Translations under genes and position numbers: made by a program
In this document: positions 8,996-18,857 of the stretch, piece by piece
Position numbering within the stretch: position 1 is the first letter of the stretch
Layout: each line of letters begins with the position of its first letter
Assembly (NCBI GenBank): GCA_963662335.2
Contig: CAXXVD010000001.1
Location: forward strand, 480,001-544,000
Length of the DNA stretch: 64,000 nucleotides
Source: Chloroflexota bacterium
Lineage (GTDB): Bacteria > Chloroflexota > UBA11872 > VXOZ01
Reading direction: 5' to 3'
The notes under the pieces: generated by a model
What the model was told of the DNA's origin: nothing
What the model saw: the letters and a program-made list of their open reading frames with translations, nothing else
The model's database searches: none

Positions 8996-9895
8996 GTGGA
9001 GCCGCCGCTAAGCTGCGCGCCGGGACTGTGGAAAGACGCGCCGCTGGAGCAGATCGCGGAGGCGTGCCGCGCCGCCCAATTCGGCGGGCTCGAGCAACGC
9101 GCCGCCGCCTTGTCATCGTCGCTGGCGGCGGGGCAGGCCTTGCTGGCGCAGCGGGACGCGCTGGCAAACGCGGAACTGGCGCTCTCCGCGCTCACGCTGC
9201 ATGAACCCTGGCACGACCGCGACGCGCTCGCAAGCCACCTGCCGGCCCTGCCGCAATTGCTCGACGGGCTGGCGGCGCTAAATCCTGACTTCTGCATACT
9301 CTCCGTGCCGGGGTCGAACGAACGCCTCTCCACCGCCGGCTGGCCGAACGCCGCGCGCTTCGACACGCTCACCACCAGCGAGCACGCGCTGCTGGTGGAC
9401 ACGGTGCAGAGCGTGGCCGACATGATGCGTTCCGTCGGCGTGCAGGCGGCGTTTCGTCCGCGCCTCGCCTCGTTCGTCGAGACCGAGGACGAGATGGAGC
9501 GCTTTCTCGAAGAGACCGAGCCGGAGCTTGTCGCCCTGGCCCTGGACCTCGGGCACCTGGCGCTGATGCAGATCGATCCCATGTCAATCATCCAGCGGCA
9601 CGGCGGCCGCATCGCCTATTGCTACGTGCGGGATCTCGACGAGGAGTTGACCAACCATGTCCACCGCGGCCTGCGCGGCCTGGCGAGCGCGGCGGCGGCC
9701 GGGCTCTTCGTGCCGCCGGGAGAAGGCGGCGCGCCCCTGCGCCAACCCTTGCGGCGGCTGCTGCGCGCCGGCGCCTGCCGGTGGTACGCGCTCGACCTCC
9801 AGCCGGATACCGGCGATGCGCAAGAGGCGCTGTACGCGACGTATGAATACGTGGCGAATGCCGCCGCGCGAGAAAGCGAGGAGCGGCGAAACTGA
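8996..9895 (+). CDS. Xylose-isomerase-like TIM barrel protein (IolE-like, degenerate metal site)
   Basis: FVETEDE, LALDLGHL, YVRD and FVPPGEG resemble sugar-phosphate isomerase/IolE motifs; GAGGAG RBS; stop overlaps the next start. Confidence 0.65.
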   Translation: MEPPLSCAPGLWKDAPLEQIAEACRAAQFGGLEQRAAALSSSLAAGQALLAQRDALANAELALSALTLHEPWHDRDALASHLPALPQLLDGLAALNPDFCILSVPGSNERLSTAGWPNAARFDTLTTSEHALLVDTVQSVADMMRSVGVQAAFRPRLASFVETEDEMERFLEETEPELVALALDLGHLALMQIDPMSIIQRHGGRIAYCYVRDLDEELTNHVHRGLRGLASAAAAGLFVPPGEGGAPLRQPLRRLLRAGACRWYALDLQPDTGDAQEALYATYEYVANAAARESEERRN

Positions 9896-11025
9896 TGCGA
9901 CGCAGAGACATACTGGCGGCCTCTGCCGCCGCTCTGGCCGCGGCGGCCTGCGGCCCGCTCAGCAGCGAAGCGGAGCCGGAACCAGAACGCGCGATTGTGG
10001 ATACCCGCGTCAACCCCTGGGGCGCCAACGCCTTCCTGCACAAGGAGGTCGAGTCCTGGAAGAAAGAGAAGACCTTCGAGATGGCGCGGGACGCGGGCAT
10101 CGCGTGGATCAAGCAGCATTTTCCCTGGGAGGAGATCGAAAAATCCCAGAAGGGCGATTTCTACGATCACACATGGCAGAAGCCAACCTGGCAGAAGTTC
10201 GATGAGATTGTCGACCTCGCCGAAAAGTACAACCTCAAGCTGATCGTGCGCGTTGACCGCACTCCCCTCTGGGCGCGGCGAGAGGGCGCGCCGCCGGAAG
10301 CGCCGCCCGCGAACTTCGCGGACTTCGGTGACTTCGTGGCCGTCCTGGCGGAACAGTACAAAGGCCGCATCGCGCACTACCAACTCTGGAACGAGCCAAA
10401 TCTGGCCCACGAGTGGGGTGAACCGCCTAATCCGCAGAGCTACGTTGATCTCTTGCGCACCGGCTATCAGCGCATCAAGGCGGTGGACCCGGAGATCAAG
10501 GTGTTAACAGCGCCGCTGGCCATCACCCTGGAGCACTCGCCGCGCGCCATGGTCGAGCTTGACTTCCTTGAGCAGATGTATCAGCACGGCGCGTACGACG
10601 CGTTCGACATCATGTCGGCGAACGCCTACGGCCTGGAATTCCCGCCCACAGCGCCGCCGGACCCCACTGTTCTCAACTTCCGCCGCGTGGAACTGCTGCG
10701 CGAAATTATGGAACGCTACGGCGACGCCCACAAAGCGGTCTGGTTCAACGAGTACGGCTGGAACGCCTCGCCGCCCGACATGGCCGTGGAGAAGCTGATC
10801 TGGCGGCGGGTGAAAGAGGAAGAACAGGCCGCGTGGACCGTTGAGGGCGTGGAATACGGGCGCGCCAACTGGCCCTGGGCCGGCGTCTTCTGCATCTGGT
10901 ACCTGCGCCAGGTGGGCGACATCCCGCCCACCGCGTCCGAGTACTACTTCCGCATGGTCGACCCCGAATTCACGCCGCGCCTGGTCTACAAAGCGGTGCA
11001 GGAGAACTCCAAGCGGGTCAAGTGA
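9895..11025 (+). CDS. Clan-A glycoside hydrolase (GH5/GH39-like), Tat-exported lipoprotein
   Basis: MRRRDIL twin-arginine signal and AAAC lipobox; WNEPN acid/base and WFNEYGW nucleophile motifs. Confidence 0.82.
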   Translation: MRRRDILAASAAALAAAACGPLSSEAEPEPERAIVDTRVNPWGANAFLHKEVESWKKEKTFEMARDAGIAWIKQHFPWEEIEKSQKGDFYDHTWQKPTWQKFDEIVDLAEKYNLKLIVRVDRTPLWARREGAPPEAPPANFADFGDFVAVLAEQYKGRIAHYQLWNEPNLAHEWGEPPNPQSYVDLLRTGYQRIKAVDPEIKVLTAPLAITLEHSPRAMVELDFLEQMYQHGAYDAFDIMSANAYGLEFPPTAPPDPTVLNFRRVELLREIMERYGDAHKAVWFNEYGWNASPPDMAVEKLIWRRVKEEEQAAWTVEGVEYGRANWPWAGVFCIWYLRQVGDIPPTASEYYFRMVDPEFTPRLVYKAVQENSKRVK

Positions 11026-11202
11026 CGTGCCATGCGCGCTTGAAGACCGTCATGACCGACCGTAGCTTGGGGGGCTTGTCCCCCGCCTCTCGCTTCTTGG
11101 CTAATCATCTCCCGCGCCTCTCCGCCCGATTGCGCTATACTAGCCACAAGAGCCGCGCGTACGGCGTGAGCGTAATCTTTGCGAGCCGTAGGAATGAGGC
11201 CG

Positions 11203-12510
11203 ATGGACACCAAGCAAAAGTACGAGAAGTACGTCGTCACCAGTCACGCGCCGCCGCTGCCGCCGTTGGAAGTTTCCCAGGCCGAGGGCGCGACCATCAC
11301 GGCCGCGGACGGGACCACCTATCTGGATGGGTTCGCCGGCTACTCGGTGGTGAACGCCGGCCACAGCAATCCCGAAGTGCTGGCCGCCGCCAAAGACGCC
11401 ATGGACCGCCACGTGCACGTTGGCAGCTACCTCTACTACGCGCCGGCCGTGGCCGATCTGGCCGAAAAGCTGGCGGAGATCACGCCGGGGCGTTTGGAGC
11501 AATCGTTCTTTGGCAACAGCGGCGCGGAAGCCGTGGAGGGCGCGCTACGCATTGCCAAGGCCCACACCGACCGCAATGAGTTCATCTCCTTGCAGTATTC
11601 GTTTCACGGGCGCACCCTGGGCACGCTGAGCCTGGGCGGCAACGCCCGCCGCAAGCGCCGCGCCGGGCCGCTGGCTTCCGGCGTAGCCATTGCGCCCGCG
11701 CCCTACTGCTACCGCTGCCCGCTCCATCTCACCTATCCTTCCTGCGACGTGGCCTGCGCCGACGAGGTGGAGCGCGTGTTCGAGACCCAGACCAGCGGCA
11801 ACGTGGCGGCCATGATTGCCGAGCCGGTGATGGGAGAGGGCGGCATCATCGACCCACCGCCAGAATACTTCCCCAAAGTGAAGCGCATCCTGGACAAGAA
11901 CGACGCCCTCTTCATCGCCGACGAGGTGCAGACCAGCTTTGGGCGCACCGGCACGATGTTCGCCAGCGAAGAAATCGGCGTGGAGCCGGACATCCTCACC
12001 TCGGCCAAGGGCATCGCCAACGGCTTTCCGCTCAGCGCCTTCACCACCCGGCGGGAGATTGGCGAATCCTTCCTGCCCGGCGATCACTTCAGCACCTTTG
12101 GCGGCAACCTCGTCTCCGCCGCCGCCGCGATCGCCACCATCGACTTCCTGGAACGCGAGCAGGTGGCGGAACACGCGCGGCGCATCGGGCAGCACGTCCT
12201 GGACGTGCTGGAGACGTGGCGCAATACGCATCACCTAGTCGGCGACGTGCGCGGCAAGGGACTGATGCTCGGCATCGAACTCGTAACCGACCAAGAAGCC
12301 AAGCAGCCGGCGCCGGAGGCGGCCAAGCAGGTGCAAGAGGCGTGCCGCCAGGCCGGGCTGCTCATCGGCTGCGGCGGCTTCTACGGCAACGTGCTCCGCT
12401 TCCAACCGCCGCTCATCATCACGCTTGCACAAGTCGAGCGGGCATTGGAGATTCTCGATAGCGCCCTGACCGCGGTGGAAGAGTCTGCCGCCGCGCTCGT
12501 CGCCTCGTGA
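11203..12510 (+). CDS. Class III PLP aminotransferase (GabT/ArgD-like)
   Basis: NSGAEAVEGA, SFHGRT, EPVMGEGG, FIADEVQTSFGRTG, SAKGIANG, HFSTFGGN and DVRGKGLM. Confidence 0.9.
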   Translation: MDTKQKYEKYVVTSHAPPLPPLEVSQAEGATITAADGTTYLDGFAGYSVVNAGHSNPEVLAAAKDAMDRHVHVGSYLYYAPAVADLAEKLAEITPGRLEQSFFGNSGAEAVEGALRIAKAHTDRNEFISLQYSFHGRTLGTLSLGGNARRKRRAGPLASGVAIAPAPYCYRCPLHLTYPSCDVACADEVERVFETQTSGNVAAMIAEPVMGEGGIIDPPPEYFPKVKRILDKNDALFIADEVQTSFGRTGTMFASEEIGVEPDILTSAKGIANGFPLSAFTTRREIGESFLPGDHFSTFGGNLVSAAAAIATIDFLEREQVAEHARRIGQHVLDVLETWRNTHHLVGDVRGKGLMLGIELVTDQEAKQPAPEAAKQVQEACRQAGLLIGCGGFYGNVLRFQPPLIITLAQVERALEILDSALTAVEESAAALVAS

Positions 12511-12536
12511 CGCGAAACGGAATGAGATAGGCAAAG

Positions 12537-13175
12537 ATGAAGAACATCCTGCTTCTCGGCGGCCCGAACCCGGCGCACACGCCCCGGGACGTGGCGGCGT
12601 ACGTTGCCGATCACCTAGAGGCGCACGGCGACCTGCGGGTAGCCATCACTGAGGACACCGGCATTCTCGAAACTGACGCCGTGGCCGCCTACGACGCGTT
12701 TCTGCTCTATCTCAACACCCAGGAGCAACGGTGGCCGCCCAGCCGCGAAGCGGCGTTTCTCGCTGCCGTCACGGGTGGGAAGGGGCTTTTCGTCCTGCAC
12801 GCGGGGGTGCTGAGCTTTCGCGGCTGGGAGGCCTACACGGAGCTTATCGGCGGCGCGCCCGCGGCGGACTTCTTCCACCCGCCCTACGGTCCCTTCAGCG
12901 TGCAAATCGACGATCCCGCGCATCCGATAACAACGCGCATGGTGGACTTTGCCGTGCGCGACGAGCTCTATGCCAACGTGCGCTTGACCCCGCAGGCGCG
13001 GCTGCTCGCCCACGCCACGCTGGACGGCACGGCGCAGCCGTTGCTGTGGACGGTCAAACATCCCCAGACGCGCGTGTGCACGCTGCTGCTGGGCCACGAC
13101 CGGGCCGCGCTCCAGTATCCGGGCGCGTCTACTCTGCTGCGGCGCGGCGTGGCGTGGGCGGCAGGCGCGCTGTGA
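12537..13175 (+). CDS. ThuA-like (trehalose utilization domain) protein
   Basis: GGKGLFVLH, HPPY, HPIT, DELY, PLLW and LLGHD pattern typical of ThuA domains. Confidence 0.8.
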   Translation: MKNILLLGGPNPAHTPRDVAAYVADHLEAHGDLRVAITEDTGILETDAVAAYDAFLLYLNTQEQRWPPSREAAFLAAVTGGKGLFVLHAGVLSFRGWEAYTELIGGAPAADFFHPPYGPFSVQIDDPAHPITTRMVDFAVRDELYANVRLTPQARLLAHATLDGTAQPLLWTVKHPQTRVCTLLLGHDRAALQYPGASTLLRRGVAWAAGAL

Positions 13176-15577
13176 GTGAAGCAGTAACGGTGACTACCCT
13201 GGGCTACATCCTGCTCTGGTGGCTTGCGGCGCAGGCCGTTACCCTCGTGACGCTGCCGCTCGCCTGGCTGCTCTTCCGCTCCATGCCGCTGGCCGGCTAT
13301 CCCTTCGCCAAGACGTTCGGCCTGCTGCTCTTTGGCTTCCTCGGCTGGTTCCTGATGTCGCTGCGCATCCTGCCGAACACGCTGTGGGCGCTGATCGTCG
13401 TGCTCATCCTCCTCGGCGCCCTTTCGGCGGTCACTGTGCGGCACTTTCGCTGGCGCGTGAAAGACGTACGGGAAGCCGTGGGGCATCAAATCTATGTCGT
13501 GGAAGTCCTCTTCTTGGTTCTTCTAACTGCCTATGCGGTGCTGCGTCAATATGCGCCTGAGCTTATGGGCACCGAGAAGTTCATGGACTTCATGCTGGTG
13601 AACAGCATCCTCCAATCGGCGTCCCTGCCGCCTCACGACGCCTGGGCCGGGGGCCTGACGGTCAACTACTACTATTTTGGCTACCTCATCGTGGCCTTTC
13701 TCACGCGCCTCACCGGCATCCCCTCCGCCATCACCTATAATCTGGCGCTGGCGCTCTTCTTCGCCCTCAGCGGGCTGGGCGCGTACGGCATCGGCTATAG
13801 CCTGGTCAAGCGCTTCCAGGCGGTCGGCGGAGTCGTGGAGCCGCGCCGGGGCACCCTCACCGGCCTCCTGGCCGTCTTCTTGCTCCTCTTCATCGGCAAC
13901 CTCTTCACCATCTGGAAAGCCCTGACCGATCCCGAAATCCTCCGCCAGGGCTTCTGGTTCGGCGTCGGCTGGAACGCCACCCGGGTGGTCAACCGGGTCG
14001 AGGGCGACACGGCCCTCGACTATACGATCAACGAGTTTCCGGCCTTCAGTTTCATCCTGGGCGACCTGCACCCCCACGTCATGGCGCTGCCCTTCGCCCT
14101 GCTGGCGATCTTCACCGCGCTCACGTGGTACGCAAACCCGGACTACGCGCCCCTGCCGCCGTCATTCCCGCGCACGCGGGAAGCCATCCGCACGCTGCTC
14201 ACCCTCCCGCGCGTCAGCCGCATCGTATTGAGCGCCATCATCTTCGGCGGCCTCTACTTCCTGAATTCGTGGGACTTCCCCACCTATTTCCTCCTGCTGG
14301 CCGTAGGCGTGCTGGCGTCGCTGAATGCGCGGGACAACTGGGCGCAGTGGAAAGACGCCCTGATGTGGCTCGGGGCCACCGGCGCGCTGGCGCTGGTGTT
14401 CTTCGCGCCGTTCTACCTCACGTTCGCTCCGCCCACACAGGGCATCGGACTGGTGCCCTACCGGACGGACCTCGGCCAGTTCTTCACGGTGCACGGCATC
14501 TTCCTCGTGCCGCTGGGCGTCCTCCTGGCAATCCTCGGCCTACAGGCCGCGCGGCGGCGTGTCGCGCCTGAGACCGCTAGGCGGCAGACGCAAGGGCGCG
14601 GGCGCAAGTCCCGCCAGCGGCGGCGGGCGGACGGCGGACGCACGGGCCAAGGCGACGCGGAGCCAAAACCCGCGGCCCACTGGGAGTTCCACCGGCCCTT
14701 CGTCCTAGCAATTGTCGCCTGGGTGGCTGTCACGCTCTTGCTGGCGCGGCTCTTGGACACGGCGGCGCTGGCGCTCATTGCCTTTAGCCTTGTGGCCGGC
14801 CTCGCCGTCCTGCTCCGGCGGCGGCAGTTTAGCGAGCCGCTGCCGTTCGTGTGCGGCGTCATCGGCCTCGCCGCCCTCCTGGTCCTGGTGAGCGAAGTCT
14901 TTTATGTAAAGGACTTCTACGGCCCGCCGAACATGCGCATGAACACCGTCTTCAAGCTCTACTTCCAGGTGTGGACGCTGCTCGCGCCGGTGGTCGCTTT
15001 CGTCATCTACTACGTCATAATCTGGCTGCGGCAGCGGCAGCGCCCGTTGAGTTGGGTCTTTCGCGTTGCCGTCGTCCTGCTTGGGTTGAGCGGACTCTAC
15101 TACTCCTTGCTCACCGCGCCCATCTTCGCCTCTTTCCAGCGCGAGCCGCCGACCCTTGACGGCACGAAGTACTACGCGCGCGACCACGCCGACGAAGTGG
15201 CCGCCATCGCGTGGTTGCAGGAACACGCCGCATCGGATAGCGTAGTTGTGGAGGCCTCGGGACAAGAGTACAGCCAGTACAGCCGCGTCTCCACGTTCAC
15301 CGGCTTGCAGACGGTGCTGGGCTGGCGCCAGCACGAGCACCTGTGGCGCAACGACTACCAACTGGTGTTCGAGCGCGAAAACGACCTCCACGCGTTCTAC
15401 GCGACCGCGCCGCGCGAAGGCGCGCTGGCTTTCTTGCGCAAGTACGACGCCGACTATATCTTTGTAGGGGACTGGGAACGCCAACTCTACGGCGAGGACG
15501 TGGAGCGCCTCCTGAACTGGTTCCCGGTCGTGTACCAGAGCGGCAACGTGTACGTCCTCAAAGTCGATGCCACCTAG
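13172..15577 (+). CDS. DUF2298 / YYY-domain multi-pass membrane protein (putative GT-C glycosyltransferase)
   Basis: EKFMDF, PPHDAW, NYYYFGY, INEFPAFSFILGDLHPH, NSWDFP, RMNTVFKLYFQVW and LGWRQHE motifs; GTG 13172 overlaps the ThuA stop (GTGA). Confidence 0.85.
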   Translation: MSEAVTVTTLGYILLWWLAAQAVTLVTLPLAWLLFRSMPLAGYPFAKTFGLLLFGFLGWFLMSLRILPNTLWALIVVLILLGALSAVTVRHFRWRVKDVREAVGHQIYVVEVLFLVLLTAYAVLRQYAPELMGTEKFMDFMLVNSILQSASLPPHDAWAGGLTVNYYYFGYLIVAFLTRLTGIPSAITYNLALALFFALSGLGAYGIGYSLVKRFQAVGGVVEPRRGTLTGLLAVFLLLFIGNLFTIWKALTDPEILRQGFWFGVGWNATRVVNRVEGDTALDYTINEFPAFSFILGDLHPHVMALPFALLAIFTALTWYANPDYAPLPPSFPRTREAIRTLLTLPRVSRIVLSAIIFGGLYFLNSWDFPTYFLLLAVGVLASLNARDNWAQWKDALMWLGATGALALVFFAPFYLTFAPPTQGIGLVPYRTDLGQFFTVHGIFLVPLGVLLAILGLQAARRRVAPETARRQTQGRGRKSRQRRRADGGRTGQGDAEPKPAAHWEFHRPFVLAIVAWVAVTLLLARLLDTAALALIAFSLVAGLAVLLRRRQFSEPLPFVCGVIGLAALLVLVSEVFYVKDFYGPPNMRMNTVFKLYFQVWTLLAPVVAFVIYYVIIWLRQRQRPLSWVFRVAVVLLGLSGLYYSLLTAPIFASFQREPPTLDGTKYYARDHADEVAAIAWLQEHAASDSVVVEASGQEYSQYSRVSTFTGLQTVLGWRQHEHLWRNDYQLVFERENDLHAFYATAPREGALAFLRKYDADYIFVGDWERQLYGEDVERLLNWFPVVYQSGNVYVLKVDAT

Positions 15578-17327
15578 GAAGAACACAACGCGCGGCGCAA
15601 AGCCGCAGCCGGGTAGGTCCCGGTCGTCCGGTTCCACGCCGCCGGCCGCGGATGCGGAAGCCACCGAATGGCCGGCGATTGCGGCTTGGCTGCGCGCGGA
15701 GACCCCGTTCGGACTAAACCGCTGGCAGGTTCTCGTCTTCCTGTCAGTGATGGCGTTTGTGGTCTTTACGCGCTTCTGGGACCTGGGCGCGCGCGCCTTG
15801 CACCACGACGAGAGCATGCACGCGCGCTTCGCGTGGGACATCTACCGGTCATTCGACTACCGCTACAACCCGGTGCTGCACGGGCCGTTCCAGTTCTACC
15901 TGACCGCCTTCATGTACTTCCTCTTTGGCGTCAGCGACGCGGTGGCGCGCTTTGGCCCGGCGCTGTTCGGCGTGCTCTCGGTGCTGCTGGTCTATCCGCT
16001 CAAACCCTATCTCGGACGCGGCGGCATGGTGCTGGCGGCCGTGCTGATGGCCATCTCGCCCCCGTTGCTCTACTTTTCGCGCTTCGCCCGCAACGACATC
16101 TACGTGGTGGCCTGGACGATGCTCATCGTGCTGGCCCTCTTTGGCTGGCTGCACACCCGGCAGCGGTGGTACATCTACCTGGGCGCCAGCGCGGCGGCGC
16201 TCTCGCTCGCCACCAAGGAGAACACCTACATCACCCTGGCGATCGTCGTCCTCTTCATCGTCATCCGCTATCTCCAGGAGCTATTCATGCCCGCGCGCGG
16301 GGAGCGGCTGCCCCGCCATGAATCGGTGAAGAGCGCGCTTGCCGACCTGTGGCAGGCGCGCTCGCTGCTCTTAGCGGGCATCGTCACATTCGTCCTCATC
16401 TTCGTCACCTTCTTTACGGCGTTCTACACGCATCCCCAGGACTTTGCCAGCGGCATCATCAAGGCGCTGGAGTACTGGCTGGCGCAGCAAGACGTGGGCC
16501 GGGGCAACCAGCCAATCTGGTACTACTTCATGCAATTGCCGCTCTACGAGTTGATCGTGGCCGCCTTTGTGCTGCCGGCGTTGTGGTGGCTGGCGCGGCG
16601 CGGCAGCCTGACCGACCGCTTCCTCTGCTTCTGGTTCGTGGCCGCGGTGTTGCTCTACTCGCTGGCGGGCGAACGCATGCCCTGGCTCGTGCTGCACCTC
16701 TCGCTGCCCGGCATTCTCTTGGTCGCGCGCTTCTTGGGACAACAGTTTTCGGAGCCGAACGGCCTACGCCGCCATCGGATCGCGCTGATCCTCTGCCTCC
16801 TGATTAGCGTCTACGCGCTGCACACCGGGCTGCCGCTGACGTTCGCCCACGGGGATACGCCGCGCGACCTGCTGGTCTACGTGCAGACCAGTCCGGACGT
16901 GCCCTACGTGACCGCGCAGATCGAGCAGATGTCCCGCCGCCTTACCGGCACCACGGACATCGTCGGCCTGATCGACAATGAAGACTCCTGGCCGTTCGCC
17001 TGGTATCTCCGCGACTACACCAAGGTAGGCTACATTGCGAATATCGGCGATCCCGGCGAGGCGGCGTTCGTCATCGTGACCGCCAGCGAGTTCGAGAACG
17101 CGCGCGAACACCTGGGCAACTACGCGCCCTTCCGCTACAAACTGCGCTGGTGGTTCCCGGAGGCGCTCTACCGCGACCTGCGCCCGACGTTCTGGCTGGA
17201 GTTCATCACCAATTCCCAGACGCGCAGCAACTTCACGGCCTGGCTGGTGAGCCGCAAGATGCCGCAGCCGATCGGCTCGCAGGACTTCTACTTCTTCGTG
17301 CGGAACGACCTGCTGCACCTGCTCTAG
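15567..17327 (+). CDS. TIGR03663/Agl23-like membrane protein (GT-C, PMT-like)
   Basis: RFWDLGARALHHDESMHA, YNPVLHGPF, YFSRFARND, KENTY, ERMPWL and LVYVQT motifs; overlaps the upstream gene by 11 bp. Confidence 0.82.
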   Translation: MPPRKNTTRGAKPQPGRSRSSGSTPPAADAEATEWPAIAAWLRAETPFGLNRWQVLVFLSVMAFVVFTRFWDLGARALHHDESMHARFAWDIYRSFDYRYNPVLHGPFQFYLTAFMYFLFGVSDAVARFGPALFGVLSVLLVYPLKPYLGRGGMVLAAVLMAISPPLLYFSRFARNDIYVVAWTMLIVLALFGWLHTRQRWYIYLGASAAALSLATKENTYITLAIVVLFIVIRYLQELFMPARGERLPRHESVKSALADLWQARSLLLAGIVTFVLIFVTFFTAFYTHPQDFASGIIKALEYWLAQQDVGRGNQPIWYYFMQLPLYELIVAAFVLPALWWLARRGSLTDRFLCFWFVAAVLLYSLAGERMPWLVLHLSLPGILLVARFLGQQFSEPNGLRRHRIALILCLLISVYALHTGLPLTFAHGDTPRDLLVYVQTSPDVPYVTAQIEQMSRRLTGTTDIVGLIDNEDSWPFAWYLRDYTKVGYIANIGDPGEAAFVIVTASEFENAREHLGNYAPFRYKLRWWFPEALYRDLRPTFWLEFITNSQTRSNFTAWLVSRKMPQPIGSQDFYFFVRNDLLHLL

Positions 17328-17356
17328 CCGCACGAGGACATCCGTGTCCCAACGGC

Positions 17357-17422
17357 GTAGGGGCACGACATGTCGTGCCCCTACGCCTCTGGACTGCCGT
17401 AGCGCGGGGGCTTGTCCCCCGC
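17357..17422. repeat. REP-like palindromes, families B and A
   Basis: GTAGGGGCACGACATGTCGTGCCCCTAC at 17357-17384 and GTAGCGCGGGGGCTTGTCCCCCGC at 17399-17422, between convergent genes. Confidence 0.9.
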
Positions 17423-17449
17423 TTCAGGGTGGAGATTGCGGTTGCGCCG

Positions 17450-18028
17450 CTACGTCCCGCCGGCTGGATCCGCCCCATCGGTCGCGTCCGGCTTGGACCC
17501 CAAGCGCAGGGAAAGCCCCGCCGCGCCGCCGAGCGCGGCCAGGCCCACGGCAGCCCCGGCCACCGGCGCGAGCACGGCCATCAGGCCCGTGAACAAAGCG
17601 GCGCTATCCAGCGTCAAGCTGGCCGGAAAATACCCCATGCCGGACATGCGCGTCGCCAGTTGGCGGCGCAAGCGCACGCGGACGTAATGGCTGCCAAGCG
17701 CGGCGGCGACGGCCGCCGCTGCCCACAGCCACACACCGGCGCCGCCGCTGTCGAGCAGGCTGAGCACGCACACGCCGGCGCAAACCGGCCGCGCGACCGC
17801 GCTGGTCAGCGCCTCCACCCGCCACCAGCGCGGATGCTTGTCGGCGAACACCTGCGCCCCGGCCAGCACGAAGAGCGCGCCAATCACCGCCGGCTGGGTG
17901 AGAAAGGTAAACGGTGATTGCAGCGCCAGCGCCACGTCGTCGGAACGCGCCAGCACGGCCAGCAGAAACAACGCCGCGTACGGGTTTTGTCCGGCGGCGC
18001 ACGTGAGTCCAATCGCGGTCCAGGGCAT
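17450..18028 (-). CDS. DUF4126-like membrane protein
   Basis: GLTCAAGQNPYAALF, FADKHP and ARPVCAG resemble the DUF4126 consensus; GGAGG RBS upstream of ATG 18028. Confidence 0.65.
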   Translation of the reverse strand: MPWTAIGLTCAAGQNPYAALFLLAVLARSDDVALALQSPFTFLTQPAVIGALFVLAGAQVFADKHPRWWRVEALTSAVARPVCAGVCVLSLLDSGGAGVWLWAAAAVAAALGSHYVRVRLRRQLATRMSGMGYFPASLTLDSAALFTGLMAVLAPVAGAAVGLAALGGAAGLSLRLGSKPDATDGADPAGGT

Positions 18029-18032
18029 TCTT

Positions 18033-18710
18033 CTATCGCTCCTCCGCCTTGCTCCAGGCGTCCTGCGTAGACTGCCAGGCGTCCCGCACGCCGCGCCGCA
18101 GTTGCGCCAGCGTACCCGTGTTTTCAATTGTCACCACCGGCAGTGACGCGCCGCGCTTCCGCCGCAGTAGGGCGATCTTCTCCTCAGGCGTCGCCTGCGC
18201 GTCGAGGCGGCGCTGCGCTTCAGCGCGGGGCATCCCCTTGGCCGAAAGACGCGCCAACTGCGCTTCAGCCGGCGCAACCACAATCCACACGGCAGCAAGC
18301 ATCGTCAAAAGATCACTCTCTATCAGTTTAATGGCCTCGACGGCGCACGGCGTCTGCGGGGCAGCCCCGTCCAGCGCCTCCCGCACTGCCGCCACGACTG
18401 CCGGATGCACGATCTTCTCAAGTCTGCTCAGCGCCGCGGCGTCGTGGAAGACTATCTTGCCCAGGGCGGCACGATCAAGCGAACCGTCTTGCGCTACGAT
18501 TCTGTCACCAAATTCAGCAATGACGGCCGCCGCCAGCGCGCTGTCCGGCGCGGCGTAGAGGTCGTGCACGACCCGATCGGCGTCGATTACGCGCACGCCG
18601 CGTTCGCCCAGGATGCGCGCGACCGTGCTCTTGCCGGCGCCGATGTTGCCCGTAATCCCGATAACGGGCGCGCGCCGGGGCCCACCCGCGCCAAGCCGGT
18701 CATTTGCCAT
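18033..18710 (-). CDS. coaE: Dephospho-CoA kinase
   Basis: IGITGNIGAGKSTV, VIDAD, LDRAALG..VF, LE.IVHP and EAIKLIE; start set at ATG 18710. Confidence 0.9.
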   Translation of the reverse strand: MANDRLGAGGPRRAPVIGITGNIGAGKSTVARILGERGVRVIDADRVVHDLYAAPDSALAAAVIAEFGDRIVAQDGSLDRAALGKIVFHDAAALSRLEKIVHPAVVAAVREALDGAAPQTPCAVEAIKLIESDLLTMLAAVWIVVAPAEAQLARLSAKGMPRAEAQRRLDAQATPEEKIALLRRKRGASLPVVTIENTGTLAQLRRGVRDAWQSTQDAWSKAEER

Positions 18711-18770
18711 GCCGCCGTCCCCTTCATTCACGCATTGCATCCACGATAGCGTCCACACGTTGCATCTCCG

Positions 18771-18822
18771 GTAGCGTAGGTTTGCAACCTGCGCGGCGGC
18801 GGGGGACAAGCCCCCGCGCTCC
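18771..18822. repeat. REP pair, family D plus inverted family A
   Basis: GTAGCGTAGGTTTGCAACCTGCG followed by GCGGGGGACAAGCCCCCGCGCTCC. Confidence 0.8.
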
Positions 18823-18857
18823 GTGGACGCGTCACCATCAGCGCCAAGCCTCCGCCC

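Noticed and set aside
12731-13171. N-terminal extension of the DUF2298 ORF given in the track
   Set aside because: It overlaps the ThuA gene in another frame and has low-complexity composition; GTG 13172 fits translational coupling.
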